From NCBI GenBank assembly GCA_039810885.1, contig JBDHXV010000006.1, positions 12,455 through 76,454 of the forward strand: a DNA stretch of 64,000 bases, given 5' to 3'. Both the position numbers and the translations under genes were made by a program. Of the stretch, positions 1 through 8,964 are shown in pieces. A model generated the notes under the pieces. The model had not been told where the DNA came from. It saw only the letters and a program-made list of their open reading frames with translations, and searched no databases. The first letter of the stretch is position 1, and the number at the start of each line of letters is the position of its first letter. The DNA is from Chitinophagales bacterium (GTDB lineage: Bacteria > Bacteroidota > Bacteroidia > Chitinophagales > UBA10324).

Positions 1-476
1 ATTTTAGCTTCTCGATAGGTATTGTCCGTTTTAATCCATTCACGAGCATCTACCCACTTTACATTAAGCCCGCAGGTTTGGAAATAAGTTGCAGCAATGC
101 GTGTTGAAAGCATTTCCCCAATAGACACAATCTGGTCATATAGGTAGTTATATGATTCTGCAGGTGCATCCTCGAGTATCCAATCAATCTCAACAAAAGT
201 GTTATTTACTTCTTCATAAACAGAATGTGTGGGGTCAGGTATTAATTCTTGCAAAATGTCAAAATGATGCTTACGAATTTCAGCAAGCAACTTATGTTCG
301 TCTCCGGTTTGGCTCCAATAACTGTTTAATACCGCTTCCAGAGCATTTGTTGTTTTTCCTAAAGCCGAAATCACCAGAACCAATTCTGCACTTTGTTCTT
401 CTTTTAAGATGAGACACACGTTGCGAAATCCTGCAGCATCATTAATAGAAGCACCTCCGAATTTATAAACCTTCAT
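1..476 (-). CDS. aspartate kinase, N-terminal part (gene continues past the left window edge)
   Basis: Absent from the ORF track because it has no in-window stop. My reverse-strand translation from ATG 476..474 reads MKVYKFGGASINDAAGFRNVCLILKEEQSAELVLVISALGKTTNALE..., the KFGG(A/T)S plus ISA.GKTT N-terminus of amino-acid-kinase-fold aspartokinases. Monofunctional versus ThrA-type cannot be decided from this fragment. Confidence 0.85.
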   Translation of the reverse strand, partial: MKVYKFGGASINDAAGFRNVCLILKEEQSAELVLVISALGKTTNALEAVLNSYWSQTGDEHKLLAEIRKHHFDILQELIPDPTHSVYEEVNNTFVEIDWILEDAPAESYNYLYDQIVSIGEMLSTRIAATYFQTCGLNVKWVDAREWIKTDNTYREAK

Positions 477-958
477 ACCTTATTCTTTAAATCAATAATA
501 CCAAAGTGTGGCGGATGCAACTTACCGGTAATCCATTCGGGATCGAGAGAGGCCTGATATTTTTTATAAAATCTTAGAGCCGGTTCGTTCCAATTCAGCA
601 CGTGCCATCGTAATTGATTAGCACCTTTTTTTTTACAGTAAATAATCAGCCTTTCAAAAAGCAGTTTCCCCAAACCTTTACCGCGGCTCTTTTCTTCAAC
701 AATTAAATCGTCTAAATAAATATACCGTCCCTTCCAGGTTGAGTAAGCGTTATGAAACAAGGCCATACCGAGGATGTATCCATTTTCTTCAGCAACAAAA
801 CAAAAAAACTGAGGGCCATCCTTTCCCCAACCATCTTCTGCAAGTAAAATTGCAGTATTCGTGACTTCATCCGATGCATGTTCATATTCCGCTAATTCGC
901 GAATAAGTCGCAGCAGTTGTGGAGCATCCTCTTTTTTGGCCTCTCGTAGAGTAATCAT
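473..958 (-). CDS. GNAT family N-acetyltransferase, spermidine/spermine (diamine) N-acetyltransferase-like
   Basis: ORF 473..1030. The preferred start is the internal ATG at 958 (MITLREAKKEDAPQLLRLIRELAEYE...). It has the acetyl-CoA loop EEKSRGKGLGKLLF and a WNEPALRFYKK tail typical of SSAT-like GNATs. Its stop overlaps the aspartokinase start (ATGA). Confidence 0.85.
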   Translation of the reverse strand: MITLREAKKEDAPQLLRLIRELAEYEHASDEVTNTAILLAEDGWGKDGPQFFCFVAEENGYILGMALFHNAYSTWKGRYIYLDDLIVEEKSRGKGLGKLLFERLIIYCKKKGANQLRWHVLNWNEPALRFYKKYQASLDPEWITGKLHPPHFGIIDLKNKV

Positions 959-1040
959 AATACACAAAAGTAGATAAGAGCATACAGAAAAATTGTTTCC
1001 TAGTTCATGCGCTTCATATAATTTCTCCACATTTGTAAAG

Positions 1041-1760
1041 ATGTGTTACCATAACAGCTTAAATAAATCATTTCAGGAATTGGAGGCAGCTTTCGATGCG
1101 CACTTTGCAGAGCCTTTTGACTATAAGCCTATCTTTCATGGTAATGGCTTTACATTCTTAAAGTGGCCTGTAATTACAGCGGAACAACCGCACATCATAC
1201 AACTATTTCATTGGGGATTAATTCCTTTTTGGTGTAAGACAATGGACGCAGCACAAGAAATGAGAAAGAATACCTTAAATGCCGTTTCAGAAACGATTTT
1301 TACAAAACCCAGTTTTAAGCATTGTCTCAAACATCAACGTTGTCTTGTGTTATCTAGCGGGTTCTTTGAATGGCAAACGTTGAATAAAAAGAAATATCCT
1401 TACTTTATATCATTAAGATCTCGAGAACTCTTTGCCTTTGCCGGGCTGTATGATACATTTACAGATAAGCAAACGGGAGAGGTAATTCAATCTTTTAGCA
1501 TCTTGACCACACATGCTAATGTCTTAATGGAAAAAATACATAACAGCAGAAAGCGTATGCCGGTAATATTATCTAAGAATCAGGAGAGACAGTGGTTACA
1601 ACAAGATATGGAAGAGGAAGATGTTCGGCAAATCTTAAAACCTTATGATGTTGACGATATGCAAGCTTACACGATTAGCAGATTAATAACCTCTCGGTTA
1701 CAAGACAGCAATACATTTGAGGTGCTGGCTCCTTTTTCGTACAAAGAACTAACAGATTAA
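1041..1760 (+). CDS. SOS response-associated peptidase (SRAP/YedK/HMCES family, abasic-site processing protein)
   Basis: ORF 993..1760. Starting at ATG 1041 gives MCYHNS..., which places the invariant catalytic Cys at position 2. FHWGLIPFW and HNSRKRMPVIL motifs are present. Confidence 0.85.
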   Translation: MCYHNSLNKSFQELEAAFDAHFAEPFDYKPIFHGNGFTFLKWPVITAEQPHIIQLFHWGLIPFWCKTMDAAQEMRKNTLNAVSETIFTKPSFKHCLKHQRCLVLSSGFFEWQTLNKKKYPYFISLRSRELFAFAGLYDTFTDKQTGEVIQSFSILTTHANVLMEKIHNSRKRMPVILSKNQERQWLQQDMEEEDVRQILKPYDVDDMQAYTISRLITSRLQDSNTFEVLAPFSYKELTD

Positions 1761-1763
1761 AAA

Positions 1764-2474
1764 GTGGAAGTTTATTATCACCCCGATATTTTAACAAATC
1801 AAAATCTTCCTGAAACGGAGGCTCATCATTGCCTGCATGTTATGCGTCATCAATCGGGAGACCGTATTTATGTAACCGATGGCAGGGGAGGGCTTTACCA
1901 CAGTGCGATTTTGTCCACAACAAAAAAAGCGGTCACATTACAAATTTTGGATAAAGTAAGTCGGCAACAGCGCAGCCATTATATACAAATTGCCGTTGCA
2001 CCTGTTAAGAATATGGAACGAATGGAGTTTATGGTTGAAAAACTGACAGAACTTGGTGTCGCAGAAATACTTTTTGTAAAAACACAACGCTGCGAGCGCG
2101 ATAAAATCAACATTGAAAAATTAAATCATCGTGCTATTGCGGCAATCAAACAGTCTCGCAACCTGTACTTACCACAAATTCATTCCATGCAAGGTTATAA
2201 AGAGTTTATAGAAAAGAAACACGAAGCGGAATGTTATATAGCTGCTGTAGTTCAAGGAGAAACAACACTCTATTATCGTTTGCCGGGTGTACCGGGTAAG
2301 CAGCTCATTTTAATCGGCCCAGAAGGAGATTTCACCTCAGAAGAATTACAACAAGCCGTAGCGGCTCATTTTAAACCTGTAAGTCTGGGTGAATTTATTT
2401 TACGAACAGATACGGCTGCAATTGTAGCAGCTACTTTAGCGATTAATAAATCATCAACTGCTGCGTTTATGTAG
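1764..2474 (+). CDS. rsmE: 16S rRNA (uracil1498-N3)-methyltransferase
   Basis: 236 aa with a GTG start. It shows the N-terminal PUA-like region (EAHHCLHVMRHQSGDRIYVTDGRG) and the C-terminal SPOUT knot motif LILIGPEGDFTSEE...LGEFILRTDTAA. Confidence 0.9.
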   Translation: MEVYYHPDILTNQNLPETEAHHCLHVMRHQSGDRIYVTDGRGGLYHSAILSTTKKAVTLQILDKVSRQQRSHYIQIAVAPVKNMERMEFMVEKLTELGVAEILFVKTQRCERDKINIEKLNHRAIAAIKQSRNLYLPQIHSMQGYKEFIEKKHEAECYIAAVVQGETTLYYRLPGVPGKQLILIGPEGDFTSEELQQAVAAHFKPVSLGEFILRTDTAAIVAATLAINKSSTAAFM

Positions 2475-2487
2475 TTTTGTTACTCTA

Positions 2488-3162
2488 ATGAAAAAGATAT
2501 TCTGGACATTGCTTCTTATTACAAGTGGGATACTTACGGCATTGAGTGTTACCCGAGAAAGCACGTTGAAACTTGCGTTACTCAAGTACAGTGGAGGAGG
2601 AGATTGGTACAATGATGTAAACTCATTAAAAAACCTGGCCCTATTTTGTAATAAAAACTTAGGAACAAATTTCAGCACAGAATACACAACCGTAGAAAGT
2701 GGCAGCACAGATATCTTTAACTATCCTATCGTATATGCTACAGGACATGGCAATTTCATATTTACAGATGCTGAAGCGGCTAATATGCACGACTATCTTG
2801 CCGGGGGAGGCTTTTTGATATTGAATGATGACTATGGTCTTGATCCCTTTGTTCGTCCGGCTTTTAAAAAGGTATTTCCCGAGTTGGATTTTATAGAGCT
2901 CCCCTTTTCACATCCGATCTATCATCAGAAGTATAACTTCCCGAATGGGCTTCCTAAAATTCACGAGCACGACGGTAAACCACCTCGTGGTTATGGATTA
3001 ATTTATGAAGGCCGTTTAGTTTGCTTTTACGAAACCGAATGTGATTTAGGCGATGGATGGGATGATATACACAATGACCCCGAGGACAAACGTATCAAGG
3101 CTTTACAGATGGGGGCTAACATCGTGCAGTTTGTTTTTACGATGAAAGATACGAACCCTTAA
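2488..3162 (+). CDS. DUF4159 domain-containing protein
   Basis: Signal/anchor followed by LLKYSGGGDWYNDVNSLKNL...FPELDFIELPFSHPIYHQKYNFPNGLPKIHEHDGKPPRGYGLIYEGRLVCFY..CDLGDGW. This matches my memory of the Bacteroidota DUF4159 family. Confidence 0.85.
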   Translation: MKKIFWTLLLITSGILTALSVTRESTLKLALLKYSGGGDWYNDVNSLKNLALFCNKNLGTNFSTEYTTVESGSTDIFNYPIVYATGHGNFIFTDAEAANMHDYLAGGGFLILNDDYGLDPFVRPAFKKVFPELDFIELPFSHPIYHQKYNFPNGLPKIHEHDGKPPRGYGLIYEGRLVCFYETECDLGDGWDDIHNDPEDKRIKALQMGANIVQFVFTMKDTNP

Positions 3163-4154
3163 TATCCTCTCATCCCGATTAATTCCCGTACTTCCAGTAA
3201 TGTTTTTGTTGCATTTTCTTTTGCTTTCACTTTTCCCATTTCAGTAATCTGCTTCAGCAGAGCATCATTGTTAGATATTTCTTTAGTCCGCTCCCGAATG
3301 GGAGAAATAAAAGCAATGATGTCTTCGGCTAACTTCTTTTTCATATCGCCATAACGAATGGCACATTTAGCATAAGCTGTATCAAACTCTTGTACAACAC
3401 CGGGTTCAGATACTAAACTCATTAGTGTAAACAAATTCTTTATAGCCTCCGGCTTTTCGGAGTCGGGTGTTAACGGGCCACTATCCGTAACAGCTCGCAT
3501 TACCTTTTTCTTAATTGCATCATTCTCATCTGTAATAAATATGGCGTTGCCTTCGCCTTCGCTCTTTCCCATTTTGCCACTGCCATCGAGTCCTGGAACC
3601 TTAATCAGTTGATCGGTATAACTAAAAGCTAACGGCAGAGGGAACACCTCGGTGCCATACATATAATTAAATCGCTGCGCAAAGTTGCGCGTCATTTCCA
3701 GATGTTGCTCCTGATCCTTGCCCACAGGAACTTTTACTGCTTTATGAATTAGGATATCGGCCGCCATAAGCACCGGATAAGTTAGTAATCCGGCATTAAT
3801 ATTATCGGGTTGCTGTCGAATTTTATCTTTGAAAGAGGTGCAGCGCTCTAACTCTCCAACGTAACTCAACATATTTAATAAAAGATATAACTCGGCTGTT
3901 TCCTGTAAGTCGCTTTGAATGTAGAGTGTACATTTTTCCGGGTTAAGACCGCAAGCAATATATTCTGCTATAACATTCCGAACGGAGTGCTGCAATTGCT
4001 TGGGATGAGGATGGGTTGTGAGGGAATGATAGTCGGCTACAAAGAAGTAGCAATTAAATTCACTCTGCATACGGATAAAATTCCTTACAGCACCAAAGTA
4101 ATTTCCAAGATGTAAATGTCCCGTAGGGCGAATTCCACTGACAACAATTTCCAT
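3159..4154 (-). CDS. trpS: tryptophan--tRNA ligase
   Basis: It has the class I HIGH-type motif GIRPTGHLHLGNYFG and the KMSKS-type motif GKMGKSEG. The 331-aa length is typical. Confidence 0.95.
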   Translation of the reverse strand: MEIVVSGIRPTGHLHLGNYFGAVRNFIRMQSEFNCYFFVADYHSLTTHPHPKQLQHSVRNVIAEYIACGLNPEKCTLYIQSDLQETAELYLLLNMLSYVGELERCTSFKDKIRQQPDNINAGLLTYPVLMAADILIHKAVKVPVGKDQEQHLEMTRNFAQRFNYMYGTEVFPLPLAFSYTDQLIKVPGLDGSGKMGKSEGEGNAIFITDENDAIKKKVMRAVTDSGPLTPDSEKPEAIKNLFTLMSLVSEPGVVQEFDTAYAKCAIRYGDMKKKLAEDIIAFISPIRERTKEISNNDALLKQITEMGKVKAKENATKTLLEVRELIGMRGY

Positions 4155-4248
4155 AGTGTGCGCAAAAGTAATTTATTCAAACACATTGCTGTTAACTGAA
4201 GTATCAAGTGAGTTAATGTGTTCCATTGCGTCACTGTATTTTTAAAGC

Positions 4249-4995
4249 ATGAAGTTTGTAACGCATCTGCTTAAAGTATTGTGGGGATATTATTACTTTC
4301 TCATTTTTGCAATGGTCTTTCTATTATTCTATCCTGTTTTTTTATTATTACTTCAAAACGAAAAATACTTTGTTACAGCAAACAGGCTGAGAACCTTTTG
4401 GGCTCGAGTTGTATTGTTTTTAACCGGTCTTACTTACAGAGTAGAGAACAGGGCCAAGCTCAAAAGAAATAAGTCTTATATCGTTTGCCCTAATCATTTT
4501 TCATACCTCGATATTCCCACGACAGCGCTAATAGGTATTTACAATTATCGCTTTATGGCTAAGGCGGAATTAAACAAAATCCCAATTTTCAATATTTTCT
4601 TTAAAACTATTGATATCCCAGTGAACAGAGGAAACAAATCAGATGCATATAAAGCAATAAAGCAATCTGAAGAAAGTATCAATCATAAATTCTCTTTGGT
4701 GATTTTTCCCGAAGGAACTATTGGGGCACACCCTCCTGATTTATTAAAGTTTAAAAATGGTCCATTCAAATTAGCTATCGAAAAACAAGTGCCGATAGTG
4801 CCTGTAACATTTATTGATAACTGGAATCATTTATATGTAGATAAGCAGATTTATGGAAAGCCGGGCAGGCTGCGCATTGTAATACACGAACCGATTGACA
4901 CAACTTCTATGACGGAAAATGAGTTGGAAACGCTAAAGGAAAAAGTCTATCAAGTTATCCATAATGAGTTGTCGCATTATTGGAGATTGAAGTAG
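4249..4995 (+). CDS. plsC: 1-acyl-sn-glycerol-3-phosphate acyltransferase family protein
   Basis: An N-terminal TM segment is followed by the HX4D box (CPNHFSYLDIP) and an FPEGT box, as in PlsC-type lysophospholipid acyltransferases. Confidence 0.85.
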   Translation: MKFVTHLLKVLWGYYYFLIFAMVFLLFYPVFLLLLQNEKYFVTANRLRTFWARVVLFLTGLTYRVENRAKLKRNKSYIVCPNHFSYLDIPTTALIGIYNYRFMAKAELNKIPIFNIFFKTIDIPVNRGNKSDAYKAIKQSEESINHKFSLVIFPEGTIGAHPPDLLKFKNGPFKLAIEKQVPIVPVTFIDNWNHLYVDKQIYGKPGRLRIVIHEPIDTTSMTENELETLKEKVYQVIHNELSHYWRLK

Positions 4996-6282
4996 CTATT
5001 CCGTTATCACCAGAAAATAGGCCTTCTTGCCTTTTTGCAGTAAAAGATATTTATCGTTAATAAGTTGTGTTGTATCAACTCGTAACTCGGGACCCTCAAT
5101 AACTTTCTTGTTAATGCTTAGACCTTTACCTTGTATGCTGCGTCTTACTTCACTCTTAGAGGTAATAAATCCTGTAATGTCTGCCATAAGTTCCAAAACA
5201 TCGATCCCTCGCTGCAAATGCTCTCTGGAAATCTTCGCAGATGGAACTCCTTCAAAAATCTGTTCAAACTCCGAGTTGTTGAATTGCTTTAGAGCCTCGG
5301 CCGTACTCTGTCCGAATAATACTTCAGAGGCTTTATGGGCAAATGCAAAGTCATCAGCAGAGTGAACCATTGTGGTAATTTCACGAGCCAATAATTTTTG
5401 CATTGCGCGAGTATGTGGTGCTATCTGATGTTCGGCTGCACAAGATTCAATCTGTTCTTGAGTTAGAAAGGTAAATGTTCTCAAATATCGTAAAGCATCT
5501 TCATCGGCGGCATTGAGCCAGAATTGATAGAACTTATAGGGAGAGGTTTTATTCGGGTCTAAGAAAATATTCCCGCTTTCGCTTTTCCCAAATTTGCTGC
5601 CATCGGCTTTGGTAACTAAAGGACAAGTGATGGCATACGCTTCGCCTCCGCATTTGCGTCGGATTAATTCTGTACCGGTAGTCATATTCCCCCACTGATC
5701 GGATCCCCCTAATTGCAGTCGAACATTTTTATTTTGATACAAAAAGTAGTAATCATATCCTTGCAGTAGCTGATAAGAGAATTCTGTGAAAGAGATACCT
5801 CCTTCCAAGCGATTCTGAACAGAATCTTTTGCCAACATATAGCTTATGGTAATATGCTTACCTACATCACGTAAAAATTGTAAAAAACCCATATCCTTAA
5901 ACCAATCATAGTTATTCACAACTTCCGCATCTGTATTCCTATTTCCAAAATGAAGAAATTTCTCCAGTTGCTTTTGCTGACGTGAAACATTATAGCGTAC
6001 TTGCTCTTCATTTAGCAAATTGCGCTCGGCAGATTTCCCGGATGGGTCGCCAATCATTCCGGTTGCCCCACCAACAAGGGCAATGGGTTTGTGCCCATGA
6101 CGTTGCAGATGTTTAAGCAATAATATAGGCACTAAATTTCCGATACCCAATGAATCCGAAGTAGGATCGAACCCTACATAACCTGCGGTACTTTCTTTAT
6201 TTAACTGTTCTTCAACACCCGGAGTCATTTCCTGTAACATACCGCGCCATTGCAACTCTTCAATAAAAGCATTCTTGATCAT
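4996..6282 (-). CDS. tyrS: tyrosine--tRNA ligase
   Basis: ORF 4996..6369. The preferred start is ATG 6282 (MIKNAFIEELQWRGMLQEM...). Supporting features are GFDPTSDSLGIGNLV, the KFGKSESG (KMSKS) motif and a C-terminal S4-like domain. Confidence 0.93.
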   Translation of the reverse strand: MIKNAFIEELQWRGMLQEMTPGVEEQLNKESTAGYVGFDPTSDSLGIGNLVPILLLKHLQRHGHKPIALVGGATGMIGDPSGKSAERNLLNEEQVRYNVSRQQKQLEKFLHFGNRNTDAEVVNNYDWFKDMGFLQFLRDVGKHITISYMLAKDSVQNRLEGGISFTEFSYQLLQGYDYYFLYQNKNVRLQLGGSDQWGNMTTGTELIRRKCGGEAYAITCPLVTKADGSKFGKSESGNIFLDPNKTSPYKFYQFWLNAADEDALRYLRTFTFLTQEQIESCAAEHQIAPHTRAMQKLLAREITTMVHSADDFAFAHKASEVLFGQSTAEALKQFNNSEFEQIFEGVPSAKISREHLQRGIDVLELMADITGFITSKSEVRRSIQGKGLSINKKVIEGPELRVDTTQLINDKYLLLQKGKKAYFLVITE

Positions 6283-6310
6283 AGTGGGGCAAAAGTAGAA
6301 AAATTGCTCT

Positions 6311-6973
6311 CTATTGTCTTGCAGATTCGAGCAGTTGCAAATCCGTTTGATATGGAATAACCTCCGCAAAGGGGTGAAATAAATATACCTTGTGCGTTTG
6401 CACTTCTTCGCATTGAATACGTTTTCGTATCACATTTCCTTTTCGAAAAAGACGTCCATTTATTGTGTGAAACAAAGCACCTTCGGCTAATTCTTCTACA
6501 CGCGGGCGTTGAACACGATCATACTTTGCCAAAATACGCATTAAGTATTCATCAGAACATGTTGATGATCCGGGAGCCTTGGCATATTCGTATAGTGCTT
6601 TTAAAATCTCATCCGGAAATACAGACAGACTCATGAATGAGTGTATTAATTCAGCGAAAATAGCTTTCCAAACTTTTCCGTGTGCAGGTACCTGATTCCT
6701 ATACATCATCCAACACTTCAAATGGGCTATTTCATGTATAAACGTGATCAAAAACGAGTGCCGGTTCAGGTTTTTATTTATAGAAATGCGATGCCCTTTA
6801 TTTCTATAAGGATGGCGATAATCTCCATACTTGCTGCTGCGTTGCGGTGTTAATGTAACATGGATTTTATACTCAATAATCCAGTCTATAACAATTGGAA
6901 CAGCACTCTCTGCGACATAGGGGGCAATGAGAAGACTTAGTTTCTGTCGTAGTTCTTCGTCATAAGTTAACAT
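6311..6973 (-). CDS. SprT-like zinc metallopeptidase domain protein
   Basis: 220 aa with an HExxH motif (FIHEIAHLKCW). The context (GDYRHP...HRISINKNLN, PAHGKVWKAIF) resembles SprT-like family proteins. Confidence 0.65.
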   Translation of the reverse strand: MLTYDEELRQKLSLLIAPYVAESAVPIVIDWIIEYKIHVTLTPQRSSKYGDYRHPYRNKGHRISINKNLNRHSFLITFIHEIAHLKCWMMYRNQVPAHGKVWKAIFAELIHSFMSLSVFPDEILKALYEYAKAPGSSTCSDEYLMRILAKYDRVQRPRVEELAEGALFHTINGRLFRKGNVIRKRIQCEEVQTHKVYLFHPFAEVIPYQTDLQLLESARQ

Positions 6974-6986
6974 CCATGTATTGAGG

Positions 6987-7361
6987 TTATTTAACCTTTT
7001 TATTTAATTGTATAAATGCAGAAATCTCTATTACAGTATAGCAAATGTAAAACAAGAAAAAAGGAAGAATAATTAATACACTTGGAGGCTTTTGAATGAG
7101 GGAATAAAATAGCACAAACAATACAGAGGCAAAGAGTTTAATAGTCATACTACCCATAACAGCCGTACTGAACATGCGATGATTTTTTCCCGAAATGCTA
7201 CGGGATGCAACGGCATAAATCACGGCTGTAATAATTGCAAAGAAGAGAATACTGCTATATGCAAAAGCATTTATGAAAGTTAAGCCACTGTATTGTTGAG
7301 TAACATAAGTAATCATAGTCAACGACACACTAAGGATAATCAAACGCAAGTAAAAACTCAT
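6987..7361 (-). CDS. small multi-pass membrane protein (possibly the DUF6168-type partner of AtpZ)
   Basis: 124 aa with four hydrophobic segments. It abuts the AtpZ-like gene with no gap (7361/7362). Only the position supports the family call. Confidence 0.5.
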   Translation of the reverse strand: MSFYLRLIILSVSLTMITYVTQQYSGLTFINAFAYSSILFFAIITAVIYAVASRSISGKNHRMFSTAVMGSMTIKLFASVLFVLFYSLIQKPPSVLIILPFFLFYICYTVIEISAFIQLNKKVK

Positions 7362-7553
7362 TCAGGGCTTACCGGTAGTTTTGATGATAAGTACAAACAC
7401 TGCAATAACGGCTATAATTAAAAGGGAGAGTAAGAAGAAAGGAAAAGAGGTTGCAAAAAACTTATCCAGATAATAACCACCGGTTAATCCGGCAAGCATT
7501 GTAGCCACGATTTGAAATGCAAGGGATGAATATTTCATCCACTCATTTTTCAT
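7362..7553 (-). CDS. AtpZ/AtpI family protein (ATP synthase protein I-like)
   Basis: 63 aa with two TM helices and the characteristic YSSLAFQIVATMLAGLTGGYYLDKFF core. It overlaps the upstream gene by 4 nt. Confidence 0.7.
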   Translation of the reverse strand: MKNEWMKYSSLAFQIVATMLAGLTGGYYLDKFFATSFPFFLLSLLIIAVIAVFVLIIKTTGKP

Positions 7554-7990
7554 ACGGCTTCTTTTTGCTTAATCTGTGTTGTGTTTGACTTTTCGTTAGG
7601 TTTAATTTCTTTAACTCCCATACGGCAGTTGCCATTAAACTTGGCACCGGCTTCAACCACAAATTTGGTTGTGGTAATATCACCCTCCAGATAGGACGTT
7701 GATTTCATAAACAGCAGTTCATTGACCTCAATAGAGCCAAAAATTTTACCACTTATATCTGCATTTTCGCAAATTAAGTCGCCTTCAATGGAGCCGGTTA
7801 TACCTACAACGATTTTAGCTTTGCTGGTAACAGTACCTTTCACCGTGCCATCAATACGGATATCGCCGTCACATTGAATGGACCCTTCAATGCGTGTGCC
7901 TGAGCCTATAGTATTCAATATTGGCCCATTGGCTACTGGAGTTTTTAAGTTGTTGTTTGTCTCTGACATATCGTTCTTTTTGTTGAACAT
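7550..7990 (-). CDS. bactofilin (polymer-forming cytoskeletal protein)
   Basis: It shows the repetitive beta-helical pattern G.I.GS/D (RIEGSIQCDGDIRIDGTVKGTVTSKAKIVVGITGSIEGDLICENADISGKIFGSIEV..LEGDITT.KFVVEAGAKFNGNC). Confidence 0.85.
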   Translation of the reverse strand: MFNKKNDMSETNNNLKTPVANGPILNTIGSGTRIEGSIQCDGDIRIDGTVKGTVTSKAKIVVGITGSIEGDLICENADISGKIFGSIEVNELLFMKSTSYLEGDITTTKFVVEAGAKFNGNCRMGVKEIKPNEKSNTTQIKQKEAV

Positions 7991-8010
7991 GTGATTGTAT
8001 TGGTTGTTTT

Positions 8011-8913
8011 TTATTTAAAGACGATGTAGTCTCTTGGATTCATAGGAATACCATTGTACCATAGCTCAAAGTGTAAGTGTGGCCCCGTAGAATGCTCTCC
8101 GGTATTCCCGATAATGGCGATCACATCGCCCGCCCGCACATAACTACCTTCTTTCTTGAGTAACACTGAATTATGTTTATACAAAGATATTAAATTATTG
8201 CGGTGCTGCAAGGCTATTACATAGCCTGTTTCACTAGTCCAGGCAGAGAATAAAACCACCCCGTCCATTACAGCTTTAATAGGTTCATTTTCAGGAGCTA
8301 CGATATCTACACCAAAGTGATCTTTTTTGGGATCAAATTCATCGGTAACATACCCTTTTAAAGGAGGGAAGAAATAAAAGCTCTTGAGACTCGTATTCTG
8401 ACTCATATTTGGATTAAGAGATAGATTTAAGCCGAGGCTATAACTACTTTCACTTTCCATTTGCTTGCGCAGTTCTTTTTCTTTGTCCGAAACGGTTTTT
8501 AGATTAATGGTATCGTAAAGTTTCTTAGGTGCACCGACATCAATAACCGGCGTATCAATTTTAACTACGGGAGTGTTCCCGTTAACAATTTGTAATAAGT
8601 TATTGATGTATAAATCATTTGCCTGCGATTCATTTTCTAGCGAGTCTGCACGCATTTGGAGAGATACAATCTCACTCCTATAATCGCTGCCTGTGTACCC
8701 CGGAATATATTCTTTTAATGGGGTAAAAATCAATACCGATGAAATTAACAGCACCAAAAAAACAAATATGGTGCTAAGAAATAAATAAACATTAAAGCGT
8801 GAAAGCCGAAAGGAACTCACTTCCTCAAACGACTCATCATTCAATATAACCAGACGATACTTATTCGTCAATCGCTTCATCCAGTTCTTGCTCTCTTTTA
8901 CAGAATCGTCCAT
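8011..8913 (-). CDS. M23 family metallopeptidase, membrane-anchored
   Basis: An N-terminal TM anchor is followed by a C-terminal LytM domain with HFGVDIVAP...GNTGEHSTGPHLHFELW (HxxxD and HxH zinc ligands). Confidence 0.9.
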   Translation of the reverse strand: MDDSVKESKNWMKRLTNKYRLVILNDESFEEVSSFRLSRFNVYLFLSTIFVFLVLLISSVLIFTPLKEYIPGYTGSDYRSEIVSLQMRADSLENESQANDLYINNLLQIVNGNTPVVKIDTPVIDVGAPKKLYDTINLKTVSDKEKELRKQMESESSYSLGLNLSLNPNMSQNTSLKSFYFFPPLKGYVTDEFDPKKDHFGVDIVAPENEPIKAVMDGVVLFSAWTSETGYVIALQHRNNLISLYKHNSVLLKKEGSYVRAGDVIAIIGNTGEHSTGPHLHFELWYNGIPMNPRDYIVFK

Positions 8914-8964
8914 TATACAATATTACGGTGTTGATTGTTTTAGATGTAAAACGAAATTTTAAAA

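Noticed and set aside
152-412. 86-aa plus-strand ORF from the track
   Set aside because: It lies entirely antisense to the clearly recognisable aspartokinase N-terminus that I translated on the minus strand. It is a shadow ORF.
993-1040. N-terminal extensions given by the longest-ORF track (993, 1030, 6369, 25561, 34059, 45634, 50498, 61712)
   Set aside because: Internal ATGs give family-typical N-termini (Cys2 for SRAP, MQHIRNF for LepA, signal peptides for secreted proteins). They also remove overlaps with neighbouring genes.
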